From the IMG/VR virus record IMGVR_UViG_3300029305_003192: a stretch of 64,000 bases of DNA. One strand, given 5' to 3'. Position 1 is the stretch's first letter. Each line of letters starts with the position of its first letter. The notes beneath the pieces were generated by a model. It was not told where the DNA came from, made no database searches, and was given only the letters and a program-made list of their open reading frames with translations. Shown here in pieces: positions 10,047 to 19,083 of the stretch. Source of the stretch: a virus. Its lineage: Duplodnaviria > Caudoviricetes. Made by a program: the position numbers and the translations under genes.

Positions 10047-10928
10047 TTACCATTTTCTCATCAAATGGTTTATATCCCTTCTGAGGGAATCCTCGAGTGG
10101 GATAAATACGTGACCATTAGCAGTACCTACGGAGAACAGGCCGGAACTGTCAATAGTTGCAGATTCCATAGCTGGCTCAAGACCATCAAGTACATACTTA
10201 CAGTTATCACTTAAGTTGTATATGTCTCCTGCAATCTCATCGAGAGATATACCAATAGAGACGGAAGATTCGGAAGCACCGGAAAGTTTATTGACTTTCT
10301 TATTGGTGATTTCGAAGCTCTTGCTACAATCGGCAAAAGCAGTGGGGTCAGATGGGTATATAACCCTGTCCCAACAAATAACACGACCAGGACCAACTAC
10401 ATCTATATGACCATCAGGAGTTTTAGCCTGAGGGACGATTGAACGTACACTTACAGATGGAATCAATCCCTGGAGGATGCTACGACGGAACTTATCGCCT
10501 GGTCCATTACCATCGTCAAGAGTCTGAAGCACACCATAGCATGCATTTTCACCATCCCATTCGATAGATTTGAGGACCAGACACATGTTGTCTGGATCAA
10601 TTGTAAGTAATCTTTCCATACTGAGTTTTGCACCCTGGGTCTGTACAATCGGGTGACCGGCTTCACCAGGTACACCGCCCTTTTCATAGAGCTGTTGTCT
10701 AAACCATGGATGCATCAGGGTCTGTCTAAAGTGGTTAGCAACCCACTTACGTCCATTACGGTTATAGCTACCGAATGAAAGCAAACACTGACGCCACTCA
10801 ATATAATTGGACTCGCTGTTTTCGGATTTTGGATCACCTATGATTTCGAACTTCTGTTCGTCACCACGGGGAGCCTCTTCGATTACAGCATAATACTGAA
10901 AAGATTTAGTATTCGCCATGTATCCCAT
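10047..10928 (-). CDS. Prohead core protease (T4 gp21 / phiKZ gp175-like)
   Basis: NRNGRKW, GEAGHP, SVSVRS and WDRVIYPS motifs; ASES/AMES candidate self-cleavage sites near the C-terminus; late promoter at 10945-10957 (minus). Confidence 0.88.
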   Translation of the reverse strand: MGYMANTKSFQYYAVIEEAPRGDEQKFEIIGDPKSENSESNYIEWRQCLLSFGSYNRNGRKWVANHFRQTLMHPWFRQQLYEKGGVPGEAGHPIVQTQGAKLSMERLLTIDPDNMCLVLKSIEWDGENACYGVLQTLDDGNGPGDKFRRSILQGLIPSVSVRSIVPQAKTPDGHIDVVGPGRVICWDRVIYPSDPTAFADCSKSFEITNKKVNKLSGASESSVSIGISLDEIAGDIYNLSDNCKYVLDGLEPAMESATIDSSGLFSVGTANGHVFIPLEDSLRRDINHLMRKW

Positions 10929-10990
10929 CCTTTCTGTATAGACTTTACTTCTATGTTCGTATGTAATACTTACGCCGCTTATTTATAGAC

Positions 10991-11030
10991 CGTAATTTCC
11001 TCCTAGACCGGGTATATATCATATTAGTAG
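10991..11030 (+). promoter_or_regulatory. Early-type phage promoter
   Basis: CGTAATTT-N14-TATATATCATATTAGTAG. Confidence 0.7.
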
Positions 11031-11042
11031 AAATATAAGAGA

Positions 11043-11110
11043 TATCGCTAAGTTATAGGGCACTTAGCGACGTATAAAAATAGCCCTTCATAGTAGGAGG
11101 TAATACTATG
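11043..11110 (+). promoter_or_regulatory. Structured 5' leader (pseudoknot + SD/ATG hairpin), copy 1
   Basis: Nearly identical to 23986-24051. 9-bp stem 11045-53/11062-70; loop AGGGC pairs with GCCCT at 11083-87; CATAGTA/TACTATG hairpin. Confidence 0.75.
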
Positions 11111-11503
11111 AGAAACGTACTTGCAAACGCATTATCGCTCAATATGTTCAACCGTATGGTTCCAATGGATAACGATTATGGATATGCTGGTTTCGGTATA
11201 TCCGTAAAAGAGGTACGTCCAGAGGACGTGCCAAGGGACTGTGTGTCCATTATAGGACACACCGACACCGCTGCGGTGGTGTCATCAATGCTGGGATTTA
11301 ATGTCCCAGCAAACCGAATAGCCCATACAATAGAGAACGGTGACGTTCTCTTTGTGGCCCAGTACACGGGGCCACGACTCCCCGAGGGAGCCTCGAGGCT
11401 CCCTGAAGGAGGCATTATCCGGTTCTACCGGGTAATGGAAGTCGATCCGATACCCGACAACAACGGCTGTATCGGAGAAAGGAGGTTTTTCGTCGGCGAG
11501 TAA
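11108..11503 (+). CDS. acrIII-1: AcrIII-1 family (DUF1874 / STIV B116-like) ring nuclease, anti-type III CRISPR
   Basis: LANALSLNM, SIIGH (catalytic His), NR, VAQ and RLPEG motifs match the SIRV1 gp29/YddF family pattern (LANAFSINM...SIGH...NR...RLEEG). Confidence 0.88.
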   Translation: MRNVLANALSLNMFNRMVPMDNDYGYAGFGISVKEVRPEDVPRDCVSIIGHTDTAAVVSSMLGFNVPANRIAHTIENGDVLFVAQYTGPRLPEGASRLPEGGIIRFYRVMEVDPIPDNNGCIGERRFFVGE

Positions 11504-11517
11504 TTGCCGACGAATAC

Positions 11518-11552
11518 CAATACCAGGAGACGTGTCTCCTGGTATTTTTTTT
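11518..11552 (+). terminator. Intrinsic terminator
   Basis: AATACCAGGAGAC-GT-GTCTCCTGGTATT followed by a T-tract. Confidence 0.8.
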
Positions 11553-11618
11553 GCTTTTAGAAGCACCAATTCCAAAACCTCTATATAATCAATTCCTAAC
11601 AGAAGGAGGTATAATATA

Positions 11619-13493
11619 ATGGCCGATATGAATGCTGTCTATAAAGATAGATTACATAGTAAAGCTGATTATCTGATGCAGTTATCCGACCCTAAGTTGG
11701 CTAATGAATTCATTACAAGTGGAATGCATTGCGAGTATCTTAAAGAGTATACCGATAAAATCGTAAAAGATGATGACGGTATATGTGCCTGGACGCTCAG
11801 AACTATGATGCAGTCTGCTATTGATAACTCCAATATATTATGGAATCAGCCTCGATACCTGGTACCACTTATCAGATATTACGAATCTTTGATTAATACC
11901 CCAGCTATCGGTGGGGTATCTGATTCAGATGGTAGAATGCCAGAGGTTGCTTACCAATACACATTGTGCAAAATATTTAGATGGCTTAGTCCATCTAAAT
12001 TTCTTCAGGCGGTTACTAAGTTTAACCTTGGTAACGATCTGCTGGCAAGCTCATTTACTGAACTTATCAGAAGTGCTGTCGATGCTAATGATGGTGATAA
12101 CTATGAGGATTACACAAGTGACATCGAAGTTCTGCACGAAGTACTCCTTAATGATATCACACCAGTTCACCGTGTCGAGAAAATGTTCCATACCGGTAAT
12201 ATGGGTAATCTTGATATAACACATATTTCTTTTGATGCGTGGGGACTTTCCGATAGAGTACCTGAAGCATCACAGACTCAGGGAGAGCCTTTAATATTTG
12301 GAGATTCCGAGTATAATCTTGCAGTAATTAAACTTCTCTTCCGTGAATATGTAATCTCTGAATGGGACTTATTTGCTAAGAATTCAGATGTCTCCAGATT
12401 CAGCAGGGAAGAACTCAACATCGTTCGTCAGATGTTACAGTCAATGTACAATGTAGAATGTGACGATACATATATTCGTGATAGAGCATTCACTACTATA
12501 GAAATGCTTAGGAACGATACAGAGTATTCGATATTCCCATTAATGCAGACTATGATTCTCGCGGTAGGTAAGTTTATCGAAAGATTCGCTGTAGTATTAT
12601 TCCCAGATATGACTCATAAGGATATGAAGTTTACCCTCAACGTTAGACGTTTCGCTTCTGCAATTACCGATATGAAATCTGGTAGGGAAGCCGAGAAGTA
12701 TGAAGACATTAAAGGTACTATGGAAGGTGCATTACTCGAGCTCGATGAACTCATGCTGGATGAACCAGTTGAAACTGTGGCAAGGGTCATCCCAGTATAT
12801 AATCCTTTTGGTATCATGACAATAGTGCCAGCTACCGAAGCGACCAAAAAGAGCCAGGCTCTCGAGTCCGAACCAGAAACTCGTACGAAGACTCAGCAGA
12901 AGTCAATCGACAAGCGAAATGATAAAGACACCTCACGAGAAGAGCGCTTGCACCAGGCTGCTGCCAATATACGTTCGGGAGTCCGTAAGGGTTATAATGA
13001 CTACAAACGCTATACTGCAAATGCAAAAGCCATCGATACACAGGTTGGTAAGATTTTTAAGAATCTCTCCAAGAAAATCACCAATACTGATGGTGAAAAA
13101 TACCGTGAGGAGATACTCGGTGGTAAGGAACCATCACCACTTAAGGTTCTTGGAAAGGTACTTGCATACGCAGGCGTATTTTCCGCAAACCCGGTACTCG
13201 GCATCATAGCACTGGTAACCAGACATTATAATGGTAAGAAGACAAGACGTGTGGAACGTCGTAAGGCAATGGTCGAGCTTCAGAACGAGATGAAGCTTCT
13301 CGATGAGAAGATTGCCGATGCCCAGGCTGCTGGTGATAGAAAAGCCAAGTATGAACTGATGCGTGTCCGTAACGCATTGGATTCATCATATGATTCAATC
13401 AGGACTAATATGAGTAGAACTCCTGATAAGGATTTGCTTGCTACTAAGAAGTCACTGATTAATGTGGAGGTGAATGCAGGTGGCAACAAGTAA
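11619..13493 (+). CDS. Putative virion head protein (624 aa)
   Basis: Late promoter at 11576; ATEA/ALES motifs before a basic coiled-coil C-terminal region; upstream of the capsid gene. Confidence 0.55.
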   Translation: MADMNAVYKDRLHSKADYLMQLSDPKLANEFITSGMHCEYLKEYTDKIVKDDDGICAWTLRTMMQSAIDNSNILWNQPRYLVPLIRYYESLINTPAIGGVSDSDGRMPEVAYQYTLCKIFRWLSPSKFLQAVTKFNLGNDLLASSFTELIRSAVDANDGDNYEDYTSDIEVLHEVLLNDITPVHRVEKMFHTGNMGNLDITHISFDAWGLSDRVPEASQTQGEPLIFGDSEYNLAVIKLLFREYVISEWDLFAKNSDVSRFSREELNIVRQMLQSMYNVECDDTYIRDRAFTTIEMLRNDTEYSIFPLMQTMILAVGKFIERFAVVLFPDMTHKDMKFTLNVRRFASAITDMKSGREAEKYEDIKGTMEGALLELDELMLDEPVETVARVIPVYNPFGIMTIVPATEATKKSQALESEPETRTKTQQKSIDKRNDKDTSREERLHQAAANIRSGVRKGYNDYKRYTANAKAIDTQVGKIFKNLSKKITNTDGEKYREEILGGKEPSPLKVLGKVLAYAGVFSANPVLGIIALVTRHYNGKKTRRVERRKAMVELQNEMKLLDEKIADAQAAGDRKAKYELMRVRNALDSSYDSIRTNMSRTPDKDLLATKKSLINVEVNAGGNK

Positions 13494-14307
13494 TTTTTTT
13501 GTACAACTCAATGATGCTGAAGAATCGGGCATAATGCCCGATCTGTTCGGCGATGACGATATGTATCCTGCAATGGAAGGTCTCGATGATGACTTAGATA
13601 GACTCGGTCAAGTCGATGGTTCAGCAGAAGCCGAAGCTGAGGCGAGTGCTGATGCTGAAACTGAAGCAGATACCACTGAATCTGAAGAACCTGCGGAAGA
13701 TGATGTTGGTGAAGAAGCTCCAGATGACGAAGGTGGAGAGACCGAAGACCTTGCAGCTGCTACTGATGAACAGCTTGAGGAAGATGGCGAAGCTGTTGAT
13801 ACTTCAGCTACACCAGATGACGAAGGTGGAGACCTTGACACTAACGATGATTCGTCAGATACTGATTTAACAAATACTGCTTCTGACCCGCTTCGTAGTG
13901 TGGCTGTTAAAGAAGCATATCGTACCAAATTCCTGAAACTATATACTATTATTATAGACTCAGTAACCACTATGAATACCTTTACCCCAGAGTATACTAA
14001 CTCTGAGAGTAAGAAGTATTATAGACTTCGTGAACAGCTCAACGAACTCAAGGAACTTATCTACATCATCTGTACTAAGAAGTTATCTGCAATGACAGTC
14101 GATGAAGTTCTTCGTAAGTATTCATTATGTAATATGACATATGATGCTATTACAAATGAGATGAAGGAGTTCATTGAAGCGTATAATAGACAGCAAAAGA
14201 AGGCTCAGACAAAGGACAGAAGCGAGCGTGCTAAAGAGGGTGCTAGACGTATTGCTAGTAGCCTTAATTATGAAAGCATATCGAAACGTCCAAATACAAC
14301 AAAGTAA
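13474..14307 (+). CDS. Acidic head/scaffold-like protein
   Basis: Very D/E-rich N-terminal half with an AMEG motif; immediately upstream of the capsid gene. Confidence 0.5.
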   Translation: MQVATSNFFVQLNDAEESGIMPDLFGDDDMYPAMEGLDDDLDRLGQVDGSAEAEAEASADAETEADTTESEEPAEDDVGEEAPDDEGGETEDLAAATDEQLEEDGEAVDTSATPDDEGGDLDTNDDSSDTDLTNTASDPLRSVAVKEAYRTKFLKLYTIIIDSVTTMNTFTPEYTNSESKKYYRLREQLNELKELIYIICTKKLSAMTVDEVLRKYSLCNMTYDAITNEMKEFIEAYNRQQKKAQTKDRSERAKEGARRIASSLNYESISKRPNTTK

Positions 14308-14429
14308 GTAAAATACACTTTCTCAGTCGTATATTTAGAGTATCTTCACAAATGCTTTAATTAAACAGTCATGTAAATACGATTAGAAACGTATAATAAA
14401 TTCTATAGAAATGAGGAGGAATTTAAACC

Positions 14430-16280
14430 ATGATTAATTCCACAGTAAATTCTCTTGTTGGAACAATGTCACCGGTTGCTGCTTCACAGGCTTTCAAAGA
14501 TGACGTAGCTCACGTTATCCAGTCCTATGATCTGCAGGGCGGCAGTGCCATTGACAACATGCCTGTTATCGCAAGAAACAGCAGATGCCGTAGAGACTTC
14601 GTTGATATGGTAATGGAGTCCGTTGTAAACGATCCACAGCTTGCTTCTGGCGATGCTTCTCAGGATCCATTCTATTCTACATATGCTGACAGACTCGACC
14701 AGCTCCTTGAGAACTCTCTTATGGAAATGGCTCGTGAATCTGTTATGACAGGTTATGCTCCTATCCAGTCTTATGCACCATTCATGCTTAAGAGACAGTG
14801 GGTATCCTGCGTATGGAAGGACGTTCTTGCAGCAGACGTTGCTAAGTCCAATATCATCAAACTTCAGATGGAAGAAAGATGGGTAAAGGATGCTGAAGGT
14901 CAGAGATACAGAATCCCTGATGTATACTACAACAAGGATCTCATGGCTAAGCTCTTCAACGATGCTACAGGTATCAACCTTAAGCACGGCGAAGAAGACT
15001 TTATCGAACTTCCACTCCAGAACGAATGCCTTATCGCTCCTGATAAGAATTACTTCGAATCTGCTATCACTAACCCTAATTCCGAGACACTTACACATGA
15101 TTATACAATCTTTGAAGTAGTATTCGAAATCGGCGGCAAGGAATACAGAGTTCCATGTGATATCAAGCCTGACCTCTCTTCTCACGTACTCATCAACGGC
15201 AACAATGTTAAGTGCGTATACGAAGATGAAAACGGTGAAATCAAGTCCGAAACAGACTCCATTGTTGGTAATGTTGACTTCCAGACAGGTACAGTATCCG
15301 TATTCTCTACAAACGGTCTCATCAAGAAGTTCCGTCACAAGGGCAAGGCTGCTAACCGCTTCAACCACAGATCACTCTCCGTTGAGAGAACAATCAAGCC
15401 GCTCACATTCTACATGCCAGAATCCGGCCCAAGACTCAACGCTGCAGTAACTATCGAAGAAGCTCAGGACGCTATCGTTCTTAATAACACAGACCTCTAC
15501 GCTGATAACACTGATATGATGGGCGACGTTCTCGCTAACCTCCAGGATATCGGCATCAAGTCATTCGTTGAGAACTCCTATGAAGTTCACAGCAAGGCAA
15601 TCCAGGGTCCATTCGGCTATGAAGACAACTTCACAGCTTCCGGTTCCTTCAATGCAGTTCCAATTCAGAACTTCTCCATCGGTATCGACGCTTGGATGAA
15701 CCAGGCTAAGGAATACTTTGAGAGAGTCGTTGAAGAGCTTAAGTATAAGCTCAAGACACCTGACATCATCATCTGTGCTGTATGTCACCCATCTCTCGTA
15801 AGATACCTCAAGGCCGACGTTCGTTGGATCTTCTCTGACCAGACAGATGTATCTGGTGTTAAGCTCGCATACAAGGTTGGTGTTACAAACGCTAACGGCG
15901 ACAGAGTTCACATCATCACATCTACATACATGAGCCCTGAAGACCCAGTAAGACTCATCGTTATCCCAACAACAACTGAATGTATCACATTCAAGCATAT
16001 CATGCACTCCGCTATTATTGACAGAGGTTACCAGAACCCACTCGAGCCACTCGTACCAAACGTAATGGCTACTCAGAGAACTCTTACTTTCGAAGTAACT
16101 CCAGTTCAGGGTACATTCGAGATTACAGGCAGAGCTGGTAATACAAATTACGTGAATGCTAACGGCTTTATGTCCGGTCACGCTCCTAACGAGTACAACG
16201 GCGCATTTGTTGTAAACAACACAACAGCTGGTGGTACAGCAACAGGCGGCACAACTACAGATGAAACAACTGGCGGTTAA
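14430..16280 (+). CDS. Major capsid protein precursor (probable)
   Basis: 616 aa with strong high-expression codon bias, its own late promoter (AACA-GTCATG-TAA at 14364) and terminator, a candidate ARES cleavage site near residue 100, and a position after the protease and scaffold-like genes. Confidence 0.75.
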   Translation: MINSTVNSLVGTMSPVAASQAFKDDVAHVIQSYDLQGGSAIDNMPVIARNSRCRRDFVDMVMESVVNDPQLASGDASQDPFYSTYADRLDQLLENSLMEMARESVMTGYAPIQSYAPFMLKRQWVSCVWKDVLAADVAKSNIIKLQMEERWVKDAEGQRYRIPDVYYNKDLMAKLFNDATGINLKHGEEDFIELPLQNECLIAPDKNYFESAITNPNSETLTHDYTIFEVVFEIGGKEYRVPCDIKPDLSSHVLINGNNVKCVYEDENGEIKSETDSIVGNVDFQTGTVSVFSTNGLIKKFRHKGKAANRFNHRSLSVERTIKPLTFYMPESGPRLNAAVTIEEAQDAIVLNNTDLYADNTDMMGDVLANLQDIGIKSFVENSYEVHSKAIQGPFGYEDNFTASGSFNAVPIQNFSIGIDAWMNQAKEYFERVVEELKYKLKTPDIIICAVCHPSLVRYLKADVRWIFSDQTDVSGVKLAYKVGVTNANGDRVHIITSTYMSPEDPVRLIVIPTTTECITFKHIMHSAIIDRGYQNPLEPLVPNVMATQRTLTFEVTPVQGTFEITGRAGNTNYVNANGFMSGHAPNEYNGAFVVNNTTAGGTATGGTTTDETTGG

Positions 16281-16320
16281 TCCGAGCTGTCTTTCATTTT
16301 AAGGCCTCCATTCATATATA

Positions 16321-16358
16321 GTAAACCCGTAGAACGTTAATTCGTTCTACGGGTTTAC
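16321..16358 (+). terminator. Terminator hairpin after capsid gene
   Basis: GTAAACCCGTAGAACG...CGTTCTACGGGTTTAC. Confidence 0.7.
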
Positions 16359-16417
16359 ACCGTTGTATACCTCAAAACATTCCTTTAATTACATTCATCC
16401 ATAAAAGGAGTGATTAG

Positions 16418-18004
16418 ATGGCTACGGTAATTAGTAACTCGCGTTCAGAGTTCGTTCAGAACGTGATTCGTAACTATACTGAAAATCGTATCGGGCAGTA
16501 TTCTAAATATCTGGATACCGACCCGATATATGTCACATATTACGCAATCAACATGGTTCACAGTAGGGCGGACCCGGGTACTGATGCTATCCAGGATATC
16601 ACCGGCTCATCATCCCCTATAAGATTCAATAAGATTACCAGATTCCCGATATATATCAAGGGAGGATTCGAGCCGGACACTACATTTGAAGATGGTATCA
16701 TCTCCAACGATATTGACCTTAACGAGATTATCATTCTTCCTAATACGCTGACTCCAAGGCCATATGACCATATCTATATCGAACTTCCAAACATGGTTCC
16801 GTTCTTGGTCAGAGTTAATGGCTATAGAAATCTCTCTATTCAGTCGAATGACTTCTTCTCAGCATCTGGTCATGCTGTCAACTTTGGTGAGGATATCACC
16901 AAGGGTATTGATAAGTTGGTAGTCGAGAACTATATATGCGTATTTGAGAATATTGGTACCCAGAATGCATGCTTCATTAGAAGTGAAGATTATGATAATG
17001 CTAATACTTTGGCAGAGGGTATTACCCAGATGACTGAGCTGTACAATGCATTATACTTTAATGATGAGGTAAACTCATATGTGTATAATGAGTCATTCTA
17101 CAATATTCCGAATCTCGTCGATCCGTCTCTTAACTTCCACCACGGCCCGTACGTATTGCCCGGGGTTGAGAGAGTTCATCCAGCAAATCTGCCTGGAATG
17201 ATGCCCGCAATGCTTGCTTCTGCAGAGGTTGCTAAATATAGCAATCCCAAGCCGAGAAAGAGATTCAAGTGTTTTATACGCCCGCATTGTAATATCATGA
17301 CGGATTCAATATACGATATGTATATGACCAAATTCATCATGGAATCAGGGCTCTTCTATAATTCAGACAATTTCGATTCCACATCGGCAATTGTATATGA
17401 AGACCTCGAGCCTCTGATGTTTGACTATAACTTTAAGAGGTCCATCTGGCATGCGGTCATGACCAAGGATACAACACTTCTTGACCCATCTCTTTATTAT
17501 ATACTGACACCTATTCGTAAGGCATACTCAGCATTGTTACTTGCGAGATTCCCGTCTCCTAAGTCATTGAGTATTGTGCGTAATAGCAATGTATGTTGCT
17601 ACGATAACGAGTACTTCTCAACAGAGCTTCTCAATGACCTGAAGTACGGTAGATCTGATAAAGAGACATGTAAGTGCGACCCTGAAGCTGATAGGGCATA
17701 TGTCAACATCGCATCAGTTATCAGTAATCCGAATAAGGACTTTAATAAGGAAGGCATTAGCTTAAAGGAATACTCTGTTAATCCTCCAACCAATGCTGAA
17801 GAAGAACTGACAGATGAAGAGAAGATTATCAAATATATGAATGATATTATCTATAATTATATCAAAGGGCTCAATGTTGAGTTTGATATTGATTATCTCA
17901 TGTCCTCTCTGGCAACTCCATCGATTCATATGTTTGAATACTTCCCATTGATACTTTATATCATGAAAAACCATTATAATGGTTACTTCAAGCAGGTAGC
18001 TTGA
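16418..18004 (+). CDS. Virion structural protein (putative)
   Basis: Late promoter at 16376; lies between the capsid and terminase genes. Confidence 0.5.
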   Translation: MATVISNSRSEFVQNVIRNYTENRIGQYSKYLDTDPIYVTYYAINMVHSRADPGTDAIQDITGSSSPIRFNKITRFPIYIKGGFEPDTTFEDGIISNDIDLNEIIILPNTLTPRPYDHIYIELPNMVPFLVRVNGYRNLSIQSNDFFSASGHAVNFGEDITKGIDKLVVENYICVFENIGTQNACFIRSEDYDNANTLAEGITQMTELYNALYFNDEVNSYVYNESFYNIPNLVDPSLNFHHGPYVLPGVERVHPANLPGMMPAMLASAEVAKYSNPKPRKRFKCFIRPHCNIMTDSIYDMYMTKFIMESGLFYNSDNFDSTSAIVYEDLEPLMFDYNFKRSIWHAVMTKDTTLLDPSLYYILTPIRKAYSALLLARFPSPKSLSIVRNSNVCCYDNEYFSTELLNDLKYGRSDKETCKCDPEADRAYVNIASVISNPNKDFNKEGISLKEYSVNPPTNAEEELTDEEKIIKYMNDIIYNYIKGLNVEFDIDYLMSSLATPSIHMFEYFPLILYIMKNHYNGYFKQVA

Positions 18005-18053
18005 GTTAACAACCATATAAATCGAAACTATCACTACGAAAGGAATGATATAC

Positions 18054-18482
18054 ATGATTAAGTTAGATATCTTTGATACAGACGACTCTATCTTCGAATC
18101 TGGACTGAGAGATGATGCATATGGCGTTATTGAACTCGGTCTTGGTGTTGAAGGTGCAGTGAACCCAGATATTGATGATTCTGAACTTATCGATGATGAT
18201 CCAGATGATACTGGTGACCTCGAAGGCGAAGACGTTGTTGCTGGTGTTGATGACGACCCAGACCCAGAAGAATATGAAGACGATGACTATGACGATGCCG
18301 TGAACGACGTTCTTGTAGACGAAGATGACGATGATGATATCGACATTGATGCTGCAATGGAAGCTCTCGACGTCATTGACCCAGTAAACTGTGCGTTCAA
18401 CGACGACCTTGATCTCGAAAACGTTACAGCATATTCACTTTTCGACAGCGGACTTACGCTCGAAGATGAATATAACGTATAA
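18054..18482 (+). CDS. Highly acidic small protein (possible head propeptide/scaffold)
   Basis: Late promoter at 18008; Asp-rich; AMEA motif. Confidence 0.55.
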   Translation: MIKLDIFDTDDSIFESGLRDDAYGVIELGLGVEGAVNPDIDDSELIDDDPDDTGDLEGEDVVAGVDDDPDPEEYEDDDYDDAVNDVLVDEDDDDDIDIDAAMEALDVIDPVNCAFNDDLDLENVTAYSLFDSGLTLEDEYNV

Positions 18483-18488
18483 GTAATT

Positions 18489-18522
18489 ATTATCCCATTA
18501 CCTATATAGGTAATGGGATAAT
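18489..18522. repeat. Palindrome family member (ATCCCATTACC...GGTAATGGGAT)
   Basis: 34-bp perfect palindrome; same arms at 23893-23927 and 28911-28937. Confidence 0.8.
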
Positions 18523-18528
18523 TTACAC

Positions 18529-18560
18529 CGTAATTTCCGTATATACTGCATATATATCAT
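18529..18560 (+). promoter_or_regulatory. Early-type phage promoter
   Basis: CGTAATTT-N14-TATATATCAT. Confidence 0.7.
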
Positions 18561-18643
18561 AACATTGTACAAGAAGTAGCAAACGGCTATGGATGTACAT
18601 AGTTTAGGGCCACTGATGACGGTGGCAGAAAGGAGGCATCATT

Positions 18644-18991
18644 ATGATGTCCGAAATGTATAATTCTTATAATAAGGTGATCGCAATTATCGACAATGTG
18701 TTCAACACGTTTGTATCCTCTTCCGAAGAGGATAAGTATATTGCTAGTGTTAACCGCGCTAGCTTTACACTTAACGCTCCACAGATCCTTATGGATCTTG
18801 AGAGGATTGGTGCAATGAGTGCCGATGACATCGAAGGTTTCGTGCCGAAGTATGTCGAAAACTTTAGCTCTGCTTATAAGCAGAGCTTTATCGTGAGCAG
18901 TGGTTTCGGGGAAGCTACCGCATCTCGATATTCTCATCAGGCAGCTTCCAGCATGATGGAAATTATTGACAGTTATCTCGCAATGAGATAA
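18644..18991 (+). CDS. Hypothetical accessory protein (115 aa), stand-alone cassette
   Basis: Own promoter, AAGGAGG SD and terminator hairpin with T-tract at about 18999-19029. Confidence 0.75.
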   Translation: MMSEMYNSYNKVIAIIDNVFNTFVSSSEEDKYIASVNRASFTLNAPQILMDLERIGAMSADDIEGFVPKYVENFSSAYKQSFIVSSGFGEATASRYSHQAASSMMEIIDSYLAMR

Positions 18992-19083
18992 CTGTCGAAT
19001 CGGGGTCGCTTCGGTGGCCTCGATTTTTTGCTCAAATATGTCCCTAGACAATTTCATAACCTTGAATGAAAGGAGGATATAAC

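Noticed and set aside
11043-11092. preQ1-I or SAM-II riboswitch identity for the duplicated leader
   Set aside because: Similar H-type topology and A-rich linker, but the conserved ligand-binding sequences are not evident and the downstream genes are unrelated to those metabolites.
14484-16181. Long antisense ORFs (294 aa and 206 aa) opposite the capsid gene, and similar shadow ORFs elsewhere (e.g. 1835-2746, 35554-36381)
   Set aside because: Expected by-product of strong codon bias on the coding strand; no SD sites or recognisable motifs.
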